From the NCBI GenBank assembly GCA_946497695.1, contig CAMMLJ010000003.1, forward strand, positions 19,310-83,309: a DNA stretch of 64,000 nt, read 5' to 3'. Source of the stretch: an uncultured Clostridium sp. (lineage in GTDB: Bacteria > Bacillota > Clostridia > TANB77 > CAG-508). This document shows, piece by piece, positions 1 through 11,439 of the stretch. The translations under genes and the position numbers were made by a program. The notes under the pieces are model-generated. The model made no database searches. It saw only the letters and a list, made by a program, of their open reading frames with translations, and was not told the origin of the DNA. Position 1 is the stretch's first letter; every line of letters starts with the position of its first letter.

Positions 1-261
1 ATACTGAGGAGGATATTCTAACAAAAAACATCTATGCCAGTTCTTCATCTTTATACTTCCACAATATTCTCCATCTTTCTCATAATAAAAATTATATTCT
101 ATCTCTTTATCTTGTTTATTGGTAATCTTTACTTGTAATTGTTTATTCCTATCGTATAAACATCTCAATCTGTTTAAATCTATATTATATATTGGGTTAG
201 ATAATTCCAATAAAACTTGATTAAGTATTCTTTTGATAAGTTGTATTCTATTTTCTTCCAT
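1..261 (-). CDS. hypothetical protein, partial (runs off window start)
   Basis: ATG at 261; frame read by hand stays open to base 1 (MEENRIQLIKRILNQVLLELSNP...); not in ORF track. Confidence 0.55.
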   Translation of the reverse strand, partial: MEENRIQLIKRILNQVLLELSNPIYNIDLNRLRCLYDRNKQLQVKITNKQDKEIEYNFYYEKDGEYCGSIKMKNWHRCFLLEYPPQY

Positions 262-285
262 ACTTCATCTCTCTTATATAAGGTT

Positions 286-311
286 GTGGACACAGAAAAA
301 TCTGTGCCCAC
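286..311 (-). terminator. hairpin downstream of 322..513 ORF
   Basis: GTGGACACAGA-AAAA-TCTGTGCCCAC inverted repeat. Confidence 0.5.
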
Positions 312-321
312 TCCATTCGCT

Positions 322-513
322 TTAATTATACTGCTTGCAATAGCCATTAGGACTCACTTCTGAGCTGTCCAGCATGCACTCAAGCCATGTTCCGTGTGAT
401 GTGCTGTGCGAACAATTTGCACAACATTTATCACAGTTCATCTTTACCATATTTGTGAGCATGGTGTTTTTCCCTTTCTCACCTTTCCGTAAAATGTTTT
501 TTCTGGCTTTCAT
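322..513 (-). CDS. small Cys-rich orphan protein
   Basis: GGAGGAGG RBS; CDKCCANC...C...C pattern; GC-richer than flanks; TTGACA-17-TAATAT at 595-567. Confidence 0.6.
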   Translation of the reverse strand: MKARKNILRKGEKGKNTMLTNMVKMNCDKCCANCSHSTSHGTWLECMLDSSEVSPNGYCKQYN

Positions 514-606
514 CGTTTTTACCTCCTCCGTTAATTAAAGCACTTTCAGTTAACTACTACAGTTATATATTAACATTATTTTACAGTTATGTCAATATTT
601 GCATTT

Positions 607-2909
<2,303 letters not shown>

Positions 2910-2942
2910 ATCGCCATCTCCAATCATTGTCAATTCTGCTAT

Positions 2943-2971
2943 ATTATACTATATTTTCTAGTTTTTTACAA
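2943..2971 (-). promoter_or_regulatory. sigma-A promoter of trpS-obgE
   Basis: TTGTAA-17-TATAAT. Confidence 0.6.
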
Positions 2972-3043
2972 TTAAATTATAACTGAAATTTAAAATTCAC
3001 TATTATAATAATAAATATTACGCGTATAATTTGTTATAAATGC

Positions 3044-3073
3044 AAAAAAGACAGGTGCTCAACCTGCCTTTTT
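3044..3073 (-). terminator. intrinsic terminator after rpmA
   Basis: AAAAAAGACAGGT..ACCTGCCTTTTT hairpin with U-tract. Confidence 0.7.
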
Positions 3074-3081
3074 AATAAATC

Positions 3082-3351
3082 TTAAGCATTAGCTGCTGTT
3101 TCTTCGTAAACACTTACTTGTTTCTTATTTTTTCCGAATTTTTCAAATTTTACAGTTCCATTAACTAATGCATATAATGTATCATCACTACCAATTCCTA
3201 CATTTTTACCTGGATGATATTTTGTTCCTCTTTGTCTAATAAGGATATTTCCAGCTAAAACGAATTGTCCATCTGCTTTTTTGACACCTAAACGTTTTGA
3301 CTCACTGTCTCTTCCGTTCTTAACACTACCTTGACCTTTTTTATGTGCCAT
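3082..3351 (-). CDS. rpmA: 50S ribosomal protein L27
   Basis: [29 protein letters not shown]. Confidence 0.98.
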   Translation of the reverse strand: MAHKKGQGSVKNGRDSESKRLGVKKADGQFVLAGNILIRQRGTKYHPGKNVGIGSDDTLYALVNGTVKFEKFGKNKKQVSVYEETAANA

Positions 3352-3392
3352 TAAATTTCACTCCTTTCGTGGATAATATCTCTCTTTATATC

Positions 3393-3731
3393 TTAAGCTT
3401 CTGCTTTAGCTTTTGCAGCAGCTGTTTTTATTGATGTAATTTCAACCTTTGTATATGGTTGTCTGTGACCTTGTGTTCTTCTGTAGTTCTTTTTAGCTTT
3501 GTATTTGTATACACGGATTTTCTTTCCTTTACCATGAGAAACTACTTTTCCTTCAACTTTTACACCTTTAACATTAGGAGTTCCTACTTCGATTTTTCCA
3601 TCATTAGATACTAAGATTACTTTATCGAATGTAACTTTTTTTCCTTCTTCTACGTCTAATTTTTCGAAGAATACTACATCTCCTTCTGCTACTTTGTATT
3701 GTTTTCCACAACTTTCGATTATTGCGTACAT
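3393..3731 (-). CDS. rplU: 50S ribosomal protein L21
   Basis: [14 protein letters not shown]...GHRQPYT; start moved to MYAII after GGGAGG. Confidence 0.97.
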   Translation of the reverse strand: MYAIIESCGKQYKVAEGDVVFFEKLDVEEGKKVTFDKVILVSNDGKIEVGTPNVKGVKVEGKVVSHGKGKKIRVYKYKAKKNYRRTQGHRQPYTKVEITSIKTAAAKAKAEA

Positions 3732-3744
3732 TATAAAATGCACC

Positions 3745-3830
3745 TCCCTATTTTTGTATACTCGCTAAGCATAAATACAAGGCAGTTAGCATAGCTAACA
3801 TTTAGTTGCCCGACCTAGGCGGCTTACAGG
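3745..3830 (-). ncRNA. probable L21 leader (cis-regulatory RNA)
   Basis: GC-rich structured 5' leader of rplU (AAGCCGCCTAGG...TTAGCGAG) at the position where the L21 leader occurs in Firmicutes. Confidence 0.5.
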
Positions 3831-3869
3831 TAATTATTTTACCATATCATTCCAAGTTTTGTCAACCCC

Positions 3870-4403
3870 TTAATTAGCTTTATTTTGGATATCTGCTAGC
3901 CATTCATTTAATTTTTTTCTTTTATGAAATATTATAACTTTTTCTTTAGCTATTTTATTAATATTTTCTTCGATTTTTTTGCGCTTTTTTGTCCTAAATG
4001 TAATCATATATTTTAAGAAATGCCAATCAATTCTTTCTTTACACCCAGGAAGTTCTTTTTTCTCTTTATTAAAATTACGTATTGTCCTTTCTAATACTCC
4101 TTTTATAATGCTAGTAGTAGAATAATCTAGCCAAATTACTAAATCTGCTCTTTCTAATCTTTTTGGTAATGTTCCTACATAATTTCCGTCAATTATCCAG
4201 TATTCTTCTTTTACTTTCTCTATTATTATATTATCCCTTTCTTCAGTAGGTATTTTTTCCCAATTTGGTTTAAAATTCACACTATCTAAATGAGTTACTG
4301 GTATTTTTAATATGTTAGATAATTGCTGTGCAAGTGTTGTTTTCCCTGTTCCAGGGCCTCCTACTATAGAAATTCTTTTTACATCTTTTAATTCTTCTTT
4401 CAT
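3870..4403 (-). CDS. FlaR/topology-modulation family P-loop kinase
   Basis: ISIVGGPGTGKTT, HLD, WIIDGNY, GCKER; start MKEELK after AAGGAG. Confidence 0.85.
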   Translation of the reverse strand: MKEELKDVKRISIVGGPGTGKTTLAQQLSNILKIPVTHLDSVNFKPNWEKIPTEERDNIIIEKVKEEYWIIDGNYVGTLPKRLERADLVIWLDYSTTSIIKGVLERTIRNFNKEKKELPGCKERIDWHFLKYMITFRTKKRKKIEENINKIAKEKVIIFHKRKKLNEWLADIQNKAN

Positions 4404-4526
4404 AATCTTTCTCCTTAAACATTTTATTTTGTCTAATTTAGTCAATCGATTATTTTGTAATTTCTATTTACTTTGCACATTATATATGATAACTTAATAA
4501 TTATCAATCTATAGGAGGTATGTGCT

Positions 4527-4895
4527 ATGAAACGAAAAACAAAAAGATCACAATTGAATTCGTCTAAAGCACCAAAACCAGAAAGAGTTTTCACTCGGAA
4601 TGATTTCGAAGTAAGACCTGTCACAAAAGAAGACAAATGGTGCCACTTCGAGGTAGGGCCTAATAAAGAGGCTCCTTATGGCTATATCGTTGCCATTCCG
4701 AATTACTCAAAAAAAATGAACCTTTCTCTTGGAGGAATAATAGTTCGGACAAGGCTTTTTAAAAAAGTTTGGTATCTGCAAGTGGTAGAGTCACCAGGAT
4801 GCAGATGTTACCAATCTGCTGAATTAAAAAGAACTCACACCGGTAAGAAAAAGCGAGACGAAGATAAATTCTTGAATATCTCACGTCAGTTATAA
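4527..4895 (+). CDS. basic orphan protein
   Basis: AGGAGG RBS, GC-richer codon usage, strong hairpin downstream. Confidence 0.65.
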   Translation: MKRKTKRSQLNSSKAPKPERVFTRNDFEVRPVTKEDKWCHFEVGPNKEAPYGYIVAIPNYSKKMNLSLGGIIVRTRLFKKVWYLQVVESPGCRCYQSAELKRTHTGKKKRDEDKFLNISRQL

Positions 4896-4907
4896 TCTTA
4901 TCAGAAC

Positions 4908-4955
4908 AATAGAAAAATGCTGGAACTAGCGTTGCTAATCCAGCATTTTTCTATT
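4908..4955 (+). terminator. intrinsic terminator
   Basis: AATAGAAAAATGCTGGA...TCCAGCATTTTTCTATT 17-bp stem. Confidence 0.75.
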
Positions 4956-4991
4956 GAAATTATACTAAAAAGAATTTATAATTATATTATT

Positions 4992-5870
4992 ATGAGAGAT
5001 TTAGTTGTAGATAAAAAATATGATAATAAAAAATTAAGTAAATTATTACTAGATACATATCCCGCGTTAAAATATGGTACATTTGTTAAAGCTTTAAAGA
5101 AAAAAGATATTTTAATAAATGAAAAACGTGTATCTAAAGACTGTATTGTATATGAAAATGATAAGGTTAGGGTATATATTATAGATGATTTACTTTATAA
5201 AAAATATGATGTTCCTGTAATATATGAAGACGATAATATAATAATTTTTAACAAACCTATAGATTTAGAAGTTACAGGTATCGATTCCTTAACTACATAT
5301 GTTAATGAAAATTATAGTCCAAAATTTATGCCATGTCACAGGTTAGATAGGAATACATCTGGCTTAATTATTTTTTCTAAAAACGATGAGGTTAATAATA
5401 TTTTAATGGAAAAATTTAAAACTCACGAAATAGAAAAACGTTACATTACCAAAGTTGTTGGAATTCCAGCAAAACCGAAAGATACTTTAGTTCATTATTT
5501 ATTTAAAGACAATAAAAAATCAATGGTTTATATTTCTGATAAACCAAAGACTGGATATAGAAAGATTATTACTTCATATAAAGTATTAAGTTCTGATAAA
5601 AAAGAAAATACTTCTATTTTAGATATTAATTTAGAAACTGGTAGAACTCATCAAATAAGAGCACATTTAGCATATATTGGTCATCCCATAATAGGTGATG
5701 GAAAATATGGTAATAATCAAATAAATAAAAAATTTAATCAAAAAACACAATTATTATGTAGTTATTATATAAAATTTAATTTTAATTCAGATGCAGGTGT
5801 TTTGAACTACTTAAATGGAAAAGAAATTAAACTGGATAATATTAGCTTTATATTAACTAAAAAGCCTTAG
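4992..5870 (+). CDS. RluA-family pseudouridine synthase with S4 domain
   Basis: NKP, HRLDRNTSG, TGRTHQIRAHLAYIGHPIIGDGKYG; start moved to MRDLVV. Confidence 0.93.
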   Translation: MRDLVVDKKYDNKKLSKLLLDTYPALKYGTFVKALKKKDILINEKRVSKDCIVYENDKVRVYIIDDLLYKKYDVPVIYEDDNIIIFNKPIDLEVTGIDSLTTYVNENYSPKFMPCHRLDRNTSGLIIFSKNDEVNNILMEKFKTHEIEKRYITKVVGIPAKPKDTLVHYLFKDNKKSMVYISDKPKTGYRKIITSYKVLSSDKKENTSILDINLETGRTHQIRAHLAYIGHPIIGDGKYGNNQINKKFNQKTQLLCSYYIKFNFNSDAGVLNYLNGKEIKLDNISFILTKKP

Positions 5871-5901
5871 TTTAAAACCTAAGGCTCTTACTTTTATAAA
5901 G

Positions 5902-5930
5902 AGGGAAAAAAGGAACGTCCCCAAATCCCT
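5902..5930 (-). repeat. REP-like palindromic repeat, type A
   Basis: AGGGATTTGGGGACGTTCCTTTTTTCCCT directly after ftsH stop. Confidence 0.9.
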
Positions 5931-5931
5931 T

Positions 5932-7746
5932 TTAATCATTAAATATCTCGTAAAATTCTTTTTCTGTTATTTTTTCTTTTTCTAGCAATACATTTGCAAC
6001 TGCATCTAATTTATCTCTGTGCTCTATTAATAGTTTTTGAGCATTTCTGTATGCTGTATCTATTAATATTTTAATTTCTGCACCTATCGCATCTTGCATC
6101 TTTTCACCATATAAAATCATTTGATTTGGATTCTCTGAATCCTTTAATGATATTGGTCCAATTGTATCACTCATTCCATAAACAGTAATCATGTCTCTTG
6201 CAATATTTGTAGCAACCTCTAAATCATTACTTGCTCCTGTTGATATATCATCTAAAACTAATTTTTCTGCTGCTCTACCACCTAATAATGCAATTAATTT
6301 TTCTTCCATTTCTGTTTTTGAAATATAGTATTTATCTTCATTGCTCTTGTACATTGTATATCCACCAGCGACACCTCTAGGTATGATAGAAACTTCTTTT
6401 ATATCATTTTGTGTTTCTAAGTATCTACTTACTACTGCATGTCCAGCTTCATGATATGCTGTTAATTTTTTATCTTTTTCTGATACAACTCTACTATGTT
6501 TTTCAAGACCTACTGTAACTTTCTTAATTGCCTCTTCTATATCATCTCTAGTAATAGAATCATGTTTATTTATTGTTGCTATAATTGCTGCTTCATTTAA
6601 GATATTAGCAAGTTCTGCACCAGTAAATCCTGCTGTATCTTCTGCAATATCTTTAAAGTCAACATTTTCATCAATCTTTTTATCTTTACTATGAATTTTA
6701 AGAATTTCTTCTCTTCCTTTTTGATCAGGTGAATTTATTATTATTTGTCTATCAAATCTACCAGGTCTTAATAATGCTTTATCTAACATTTCTGGTCTAT
6801 TAGTAGCTGCTAATACAATAATTGTTTCATCTGAATCAAAACCATCCATTTCTACAAGTAATTGATTTAATGTTTGGTTATTTTCTGATTCTGCTCCACT
6901 TGCATTTGTTCTTCTTGCACCTATTGCGTCTATTTCATCAATAAATACAATACATGGAGCCATCTTTCTTGCTTTTTCAAATAACTTTCTAACTCTTGAA
7001 GCACCAAGTCCTGCAAACATTTCTATAAATTCTGAACCACTCATAGATATAAATGGTACATTTGCTTCACCAGCAATTGCTTTAGCAATTAATGTTTTAC
7101 CTGTACCTGGTTTACCACAAAGTAGGACTCCTCTTGGTACTTTAGCTCCCATTTTATAAAATTCTTCTGGTTTCTTTAAGAAATTAACTATTTCAACCAT
7201 TTCTTCTTTTTCTTCGTCAAGTCCTGCTACATCTTCGAATCTTACATTTGTATCTTTTTCTTCGCTATCATATACCTTACCTTTATCTCCTAGACCTTGC
7301 ATTTTAAATAGCATTATTATTAATGCTATCATTAATAAAGTTGGTAAAACTGTAAAAATAGTATCTCCAATAGATAATAGTGCATTAGGCTTGTTCTGGA
7401 TAACTTCCATCTCATTTCCTTGCTCTGTTTTTGTCTGAATATATTCTGTAAAAGCTTGTAAACTTGGTACTATCGTAGTTTTTTCTTCTTCTTCATCTTT
7501 CAATTTTACCTTTACTGTAGTACTTCCAGTTGTTAGCTCTATTTTTTCTACTGTATTATTATTTATATTTTGAATTAATTCTGTATATGGTAATACTAAT
7601 TTGTCCTTTTCTTCACCATTACTACTATAAATTAGATATGCTGCTATAGACAAAGCAATAATAATTACTAATAGTATTATAGAAGAAATCCAAAACTTTT
7701 TTGAATCATTGTTGTTATCTTTGTTCTTATTTGAATTTTCCATCAA
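5932..7746 (-). CDS. ftsH: ATP-dependent zinc metalloprotease FtsH
   Basis: 2 TM, GKPGTGKT, FIDEID, LLRPGRFDR, HEAGH. Confidence 0.97.
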   Translation of the reverse strand: MMENSNKNKDNNNDSKKFWISSIILLVIIIALSIAAYLIYSSNGEEKDKLVLPYTELIQNINNNTVEKIELTTGSTTVKVKLKDEEEEKTTIVPSLQAFTEYIQTKTEQGNEMEVIQNKPNALLSIGDTIFTVLPTLLMIALIIMLFKMQGLGDKGKVYDSEEKDTNVRFEDVAGLDEEKEEMVEIVNFLKKPEEFYKMGAKVPRGVLLCGKPGTGKTLIAKAIAGEANVPFISMSGSEFIEMFAGLGASRVRKLFEKARKMAPCIVFIDEIDAIGARRTNASGAESENNQTLNQLLVEMDGFDSDETIIVLAATNRPEMLDKALLRPGRFDRQIIINSPDQKGREEILKIHSKDKKIDENVDFKDIAEDTAGFTGAELANILNEAAIIATINKHDSITRDDIEEAIKKVTVGLEKHSRVVSEKDKKLTAYHEAGHAVVSRYLETQNDIKEVSIIPRGVAGGYTMYKSNEDKYYISKTEMEEKLIALLGGRAAEKLVLDDISTGASNDLEVATNIARDMITVYGMSDTIGPISLKDSENPNQMILYGEKMQDAIGAEIKILIDTAYRNAQKLLIEHRDKLDAVANVLLEKEKITEKEFYEIFND

Positions 7747-7763
7747 AATGATATCCTCCTTAT

Positions 7764-8804
7764 CTATACTTCTCCATTAGCTTCTTTTCCTACATTATTA
7801 TCTTTTTCCTCTTTTTTATCATTTGATTCATCTTCTTTTTTATCTTTTTGTTCATCCTTTTCTTTTGGTTCTTGTTGTTCCTTTTCTTTTTCCTCTAATT
7901 GTTGTTTTAATTCTTTTTGTTTTTGTACTATAGTAGTTAATTCCATCTGTTGTTTAATTAGATTTTGACGTATTAAGAAAACAGCTGTAATTACATATAT
8001 ATAAGCAATTCCTCTATACATAATATTAAAATATTTTATTTCAAATCCAGTTGTCATTAGCACTATAGCATATATTAATAAAAGTATAATTGGTAATGTC
8101 ATAGCATGTACAGAAATATTTACTAGTGCTGAAACTTTCATCCTTACTCTTAGTAGCATTGCAACAATATTACTTAACAATGCAAGAATAATTATATCTA
8201 ATATACTCATAATTAAATATGTTATAAAGAATCCTAAAAATACTGTAAATGCTAAACTAATACATAATGAAATCATGTTGATACTATTAATATCATTTAC
8301 AATATCCTGTTTAGTAAATTCATTTTTTCCATATATACTACCAATATCACTCATTGGTATCTCTTGTAAACCTGTTCCTGCATAACTATTTTTCAAATAA
8401 ACTTTGTCTTTTAGTACAAGTACTCCTATATCATACAAATTTATTTTATCTTTATATTCGTTAATTTTAGTTTCATCTAAATCTTTTGTATCTGCAATAA
8501 TTAGTACTTGGTCAGCAATATTATCTATTGTGACTGTTTCATCACTTTTAACATCTAATATTCCATTTGAATAAGAAAAATCTGGAATATCACTTGCTAT
8601 AAAATTCTTTGCATTTGGAATTGTAACAACAACTTGTAAAACAGAAAATACTATTGCAATAATTACCGAAAATAGTATAGCTAATTTTAGAAAATAGAAT
8701 ATTCCTCTTTTCATCTCTTCTAATGCAAAATCTTGATATGAATCAAAATTAAATATACTATTTTTTATACTCTTAAAAAAACCTTGTTTTTTAGTTTTTT
8801 CCAT
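7764..8804 (-). CDS. DUF1189-like membrane protein
   Basis: N-terminal TM, IPDF extracellular domain, several TMs, charged tail. Confidence 0.7.
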   Translation of the reverse strand: MEKTKKQGFFKSIKNSIFNFDSYQDFALEEMKRGIFYFLKLAILFSVIIAIVFSVLQVVVTIPNAKNFIASDIPDFSYSNGILDVKSDETVTIDNIADQVLIIADTKDLDETKINEYKDKINLYDIGVLVLKDKVYLKNSYAGTGLQEIPMSDIGSIYGKNEFTKQDIVNDINSINMISLCISLAFTVFLGFFITYLIMSILDIIILALLSNIVAMLLRVRMKVSALVNISVHAMTLPIILLLIYAIVLMTTGFEIKYFNIMYRGIAYIYVITAVFLIRQNLIKQQMELTTIVQKQKELKQQLEEKEKEQQEPKEKDEQKDKKEDESNDKKEEKDNNVGKEANGEV

Positions 8805-9910
8805 TATCTATATAACCTCCTAACTGAAGAATCTACGTATAAAGGATTTGCATTCATTTTAACTTTTTCTCCTATTTTAAAATCTTCTCCTGTTATATCT
8901 ACAGTAACATGATACATTCCGATTCTTCCTAGTATTGGATATCTTTTGTTATTTATTTCTACATATAATTTTGTATTTTTAAACAAACTCTTTATAGCTT
9001 GAATTACATCTCTTACTTTGTTTCCAAATGATAACATATCACTTGAAAGTTTCATATGGTATCCTTCTGCATAACCTGTTGGTACAATAGCAACCTTTGT
9101 TTCTTTTTTAGTTGTATATGTATTGGAATAACCTATATTCCAACCTTTTGGTAAAGTTTTTATTTCAGAAATTTCGCTTTCTAAATATCCTACTTTTTTT
9201 AGACCAAGCTTGTTTGCTACTGCAACTCTACCTAAAAAAGCAGAACCTATTCTTACTGCATCCAAATTCATCTGTGGAAATCTTATAAATGCTGAAGAAT
9301 TTGATATATGTTTTATTTGAATATTAATTTTGTTTTCTTCCAACACTTTTATAACACTTAAAAATCTCTCATATTGTAGGTTTGTCCATTTTTCTTTATA
9401 AAAAGATGTTGAAAAATGAGAAAAAATTCCTTCAATTGTTGCAAATTTTTGTAATTCCTTTATATCTTTTAGTATGTTTTCTGTATCAGTATATAAATAT
9501 CCATATCTTCCGAAACCTGTATCTATTTTTATATGAACTTTAGGCTTTTTATTTATCACTTTTATAATTTTAATTAATGCATCTTTTGCTTCTGAACTTC
9601 CTATTGTTATAGTAATATTATTTTTTACCATATCCTCCAGTTCTTGTTCTATTGCTGTAGATGACATCATTAAAATATCTGCTTTTATTCCAGCTTCACG
9701 TAATTTTATGGCTTCGTCTGTACTTGCAACAGCTAAATAATCTATTCCATTATCTATTAAAAAATTTGCATATTCGTTTAACCCCAAACCATAACCATTA
9801 GATTTTACAATTGCTATTATTTTTAATTTGTCATTAACACTTTTTGCATATTCTTTTATCTGTTTTATATTATGCTTTAAATCTTGCTTTTCTATAACTA
9901 AAATGCCCAT
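8804..9910 (-). CDS. alr: alanine racemase-family PLP enzyme
   Basis: VKSNGYGLG, HIKIDTGFGRYG, GIFSHF, IGYS, PTGYAEG. Confidence 0.85.
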   Translation of the reverse strand: MGILVIEKQDLKHNIKQIKEYAKSVNDKLKIIAIVKSNGYGLGLNEYANFLIDNGIDYLAVASTDEAIKLREAGIKADILMMSSTAIEQELEDMVKNNITITIGSSEAKDALIKIIKVINKKPKVHIKIDTGFGRYGYLYTDTENILKDIKELQKFATIEGIFSHFSTSFYKEKWTNLQYERFLSVIKVLEENKINIQIKHISNSSAFIRFPQMNLDAVRIGSAFLGRVAVANKLGLKKVGYLESEISEIKTLPKGWNIGYSNTYTTKKETKVAIVPTGYAEGYHMKLSSDMLSFGNKVRDVIQAIKSLFKNTKLYVEINNKRYPILGRIGMYHVTVDITGEDFKIGEKVKMNANPLYVDSSVRRLYR

Positions 9911-9924
9911 CTTTTCTCCTCTTA

Positions 9925-9953
9925 TGAACTTTAAGCTCCGTCCCTAAAGTTCA
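9925..9953 (-). repeat. divergent REP-like copy with compensated stem
   Basis: TGAACTTT-AGGGACGGAGCTT-AAAGTTCA; same length and loop core (GGGACG) as the main family. Confidence 0.6.
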
Positions 9954-9963
9954 AAGCCTATCA

Positions 9964-11028
9964 TTATTTTTTATATCTATTCATTAAAAGGCTTCTAACT
10001 CTTTTAAACACAGTTTCTGATATTTTATATAATTTATATCTTACTGGTGAGTAATCCATGTGAAGTTCTCCTATAAATTCTGTGAATTCTGCACCAAAAC
10101 CTTGTTTAAATCTATATAACCCATATTGAGGATGATTCTCGTCTACAACTCCTGAAACTCCTCTTAAGTCGTATATATCATCACCTCTAGAAATTGCAAG
10201 TTTTATCATTTCCCATTGTAATAAATAATTTGGCATTAAATTTCTGTGTTCATTACTGCTTGCCCCATATAAATACCAAGTTTTATTACCATACATAATA
10301 GGTATAACTCCAGAAATTGGTTTACCATCATAATATGCCATTAATACTTTCATATGTTCTGGTGCTAATGCATCATACATTTGCTCGAAGTATTCTAATG
10401 GTCTTATCATAAACCCATCTCTTTTACCTGTTTCTATCATTATTCTATGGAAATCTTTTAAATCTTCTCTATTTCCATCTTTTACAGTAACTCCTTTTCT
10501 TCCTGCTAATCTTACATTATATCTTGTTTTTGAATGAAAAGCTTTAAATATTTCATCTTCTGTTTTTCCTTTTATATCTAATCTAAATACATATCTAGGT
10601 TGAATTTCATCTCTAAAATCTTTTGCATCATCTTTTATTTTATAACCTAATTTTGTTACTATATCTCTAAATTCTTTATCATCACTTTTTATATCTGGCT
10701 CTATTTTTAATACCATTGCATGATATTTTTTAGCTAATTCTTTTGCTCCATCTGTTAATTGTTTTAAAACTTTTTCATCGTGAATATCGCAAACCGGTCC
10801 TCTTGATGAATACATTAAATATCCGAAAATTGGTATTTTTCTAAGTAAGACACTTAATGAACCTATTATATTATTATTCTCATCTTCAGCTAAAATAACT
10901 TCATTTTTCCAAAAATTTTTAACTTTTCCCCATTCTAAAGATTGTTGAAAATTACATCTCTCATGATGTTCCAAAAATTCAGTGTATTTTTGTCTATCTT
11001 CTTCACTATTCATATCTAAAAATCTCAA
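9964..11028 (-). CDS. FemABX/MurM-family peptidoglycan bridge aminoacyltransferase
   Basis: FQQSLEWGKVK, RGPV, KTRYNVRLA, YLYGASS, YLLQWEMI, GLYRFKQGF; TTG start after GGAGG. Confidence 0.92.
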   Translation of the reverse strand: MRFLDMNSEEDRQKYTEFLEHHERCNFQQSLEWGKVKNFWKNEVILAEDENNNIIGSLSVLLRKIPIFGYLMYSSRGPVCDIHDEKVLKQLTDGAKELAKKYHAMVLKIEPDIKSDDKEFRDIVTKLGYKIKDDAKDFRDEIQPRYVFRLDIKGKTEDEIFKAFHSKTRYNVRLAGRKGVTVKDGNREDLKDFHRIMIETGKRDGFMIRPLEYFEQMYDALAPEHMKVLMAYYDGKPISGVIPIMYGNKTWYLYGASSNEHRNLMPNYLLQWEMIKLAISRGDDIYDLRGVSGVVDENHPQYGLYRFKQGFGAEFTEFIGELHMDYSPVRYKLYKISETVFKRVRSLLMNRYKK

Positions 11029-11099
11029 TTTAATTCCTCCAATGTATATCTATTTTCATTTTCATATTTTACACTAACTATCTTTTTTTTACAAGTATT

Positions 11100-11130
11100 T
11101 TTCCCCTATTTAAACATTTAAATAGGGGAA
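11100..11130. terminator. hairpin terminator
   Basis: TTCCCCTATTT-AAACATTT-AAATAGGGGAA. Confidence 0.6.
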
Positions 11131-11179
11131 GTAATTAGATATGTTTGAGTAAAACTTTTTAATAAGTAATTTTGAGATA

Positions 11180-11329
11180 TTAACAACATCTAGAATTTCC
11201 AAAGCTTGTAAATAGTAATAAGAATATGATTATAAAGAATAATATTTCGCTATCTCCACATCCACAGCACATATTTCCAAATAATCCTCCATTATTGCAT
11301 CCGCAGTTTGATCCTCTATCTTCTGGCAT
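11180..11329 (-). CDS. 49-aa Cys/Gly-rich membrane peptide, probably spore-associated (YjcZ/SscA-like)
   Basis: MPEDRGSNCGCNNGGLFGNMCCGCGDSEILFFIIIFLLLFTSFGNSRCC; AAGGAGG RBS; sigma-K-like AC-17-CATAnnnT upstream. Confidence 0.75.
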   Translation of the reverse strand: MPEDRGSNCGCNNGGLFGNMCCGCGDSEILFFIIIFLLLFTSFGNSRCC

Positions 11330-11439
11330 CCTCTTCCCTCCTTTATTTGGCGAAGCCACTTTTTTATATGATATATTATGCGAATTTCATTTTTTATGTT
11401 ACAATAGGTATGGATATAAAAAATAAAGAGGTGATTTTT

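Noticed and set aside
11226-11439. + strand 66-aa ORF and N-terminal extension of the U32 protein
   Set aside because: Shadow of the minus-strand Cys-rich gene; the true U32 start is TTG 11440 with an RBS
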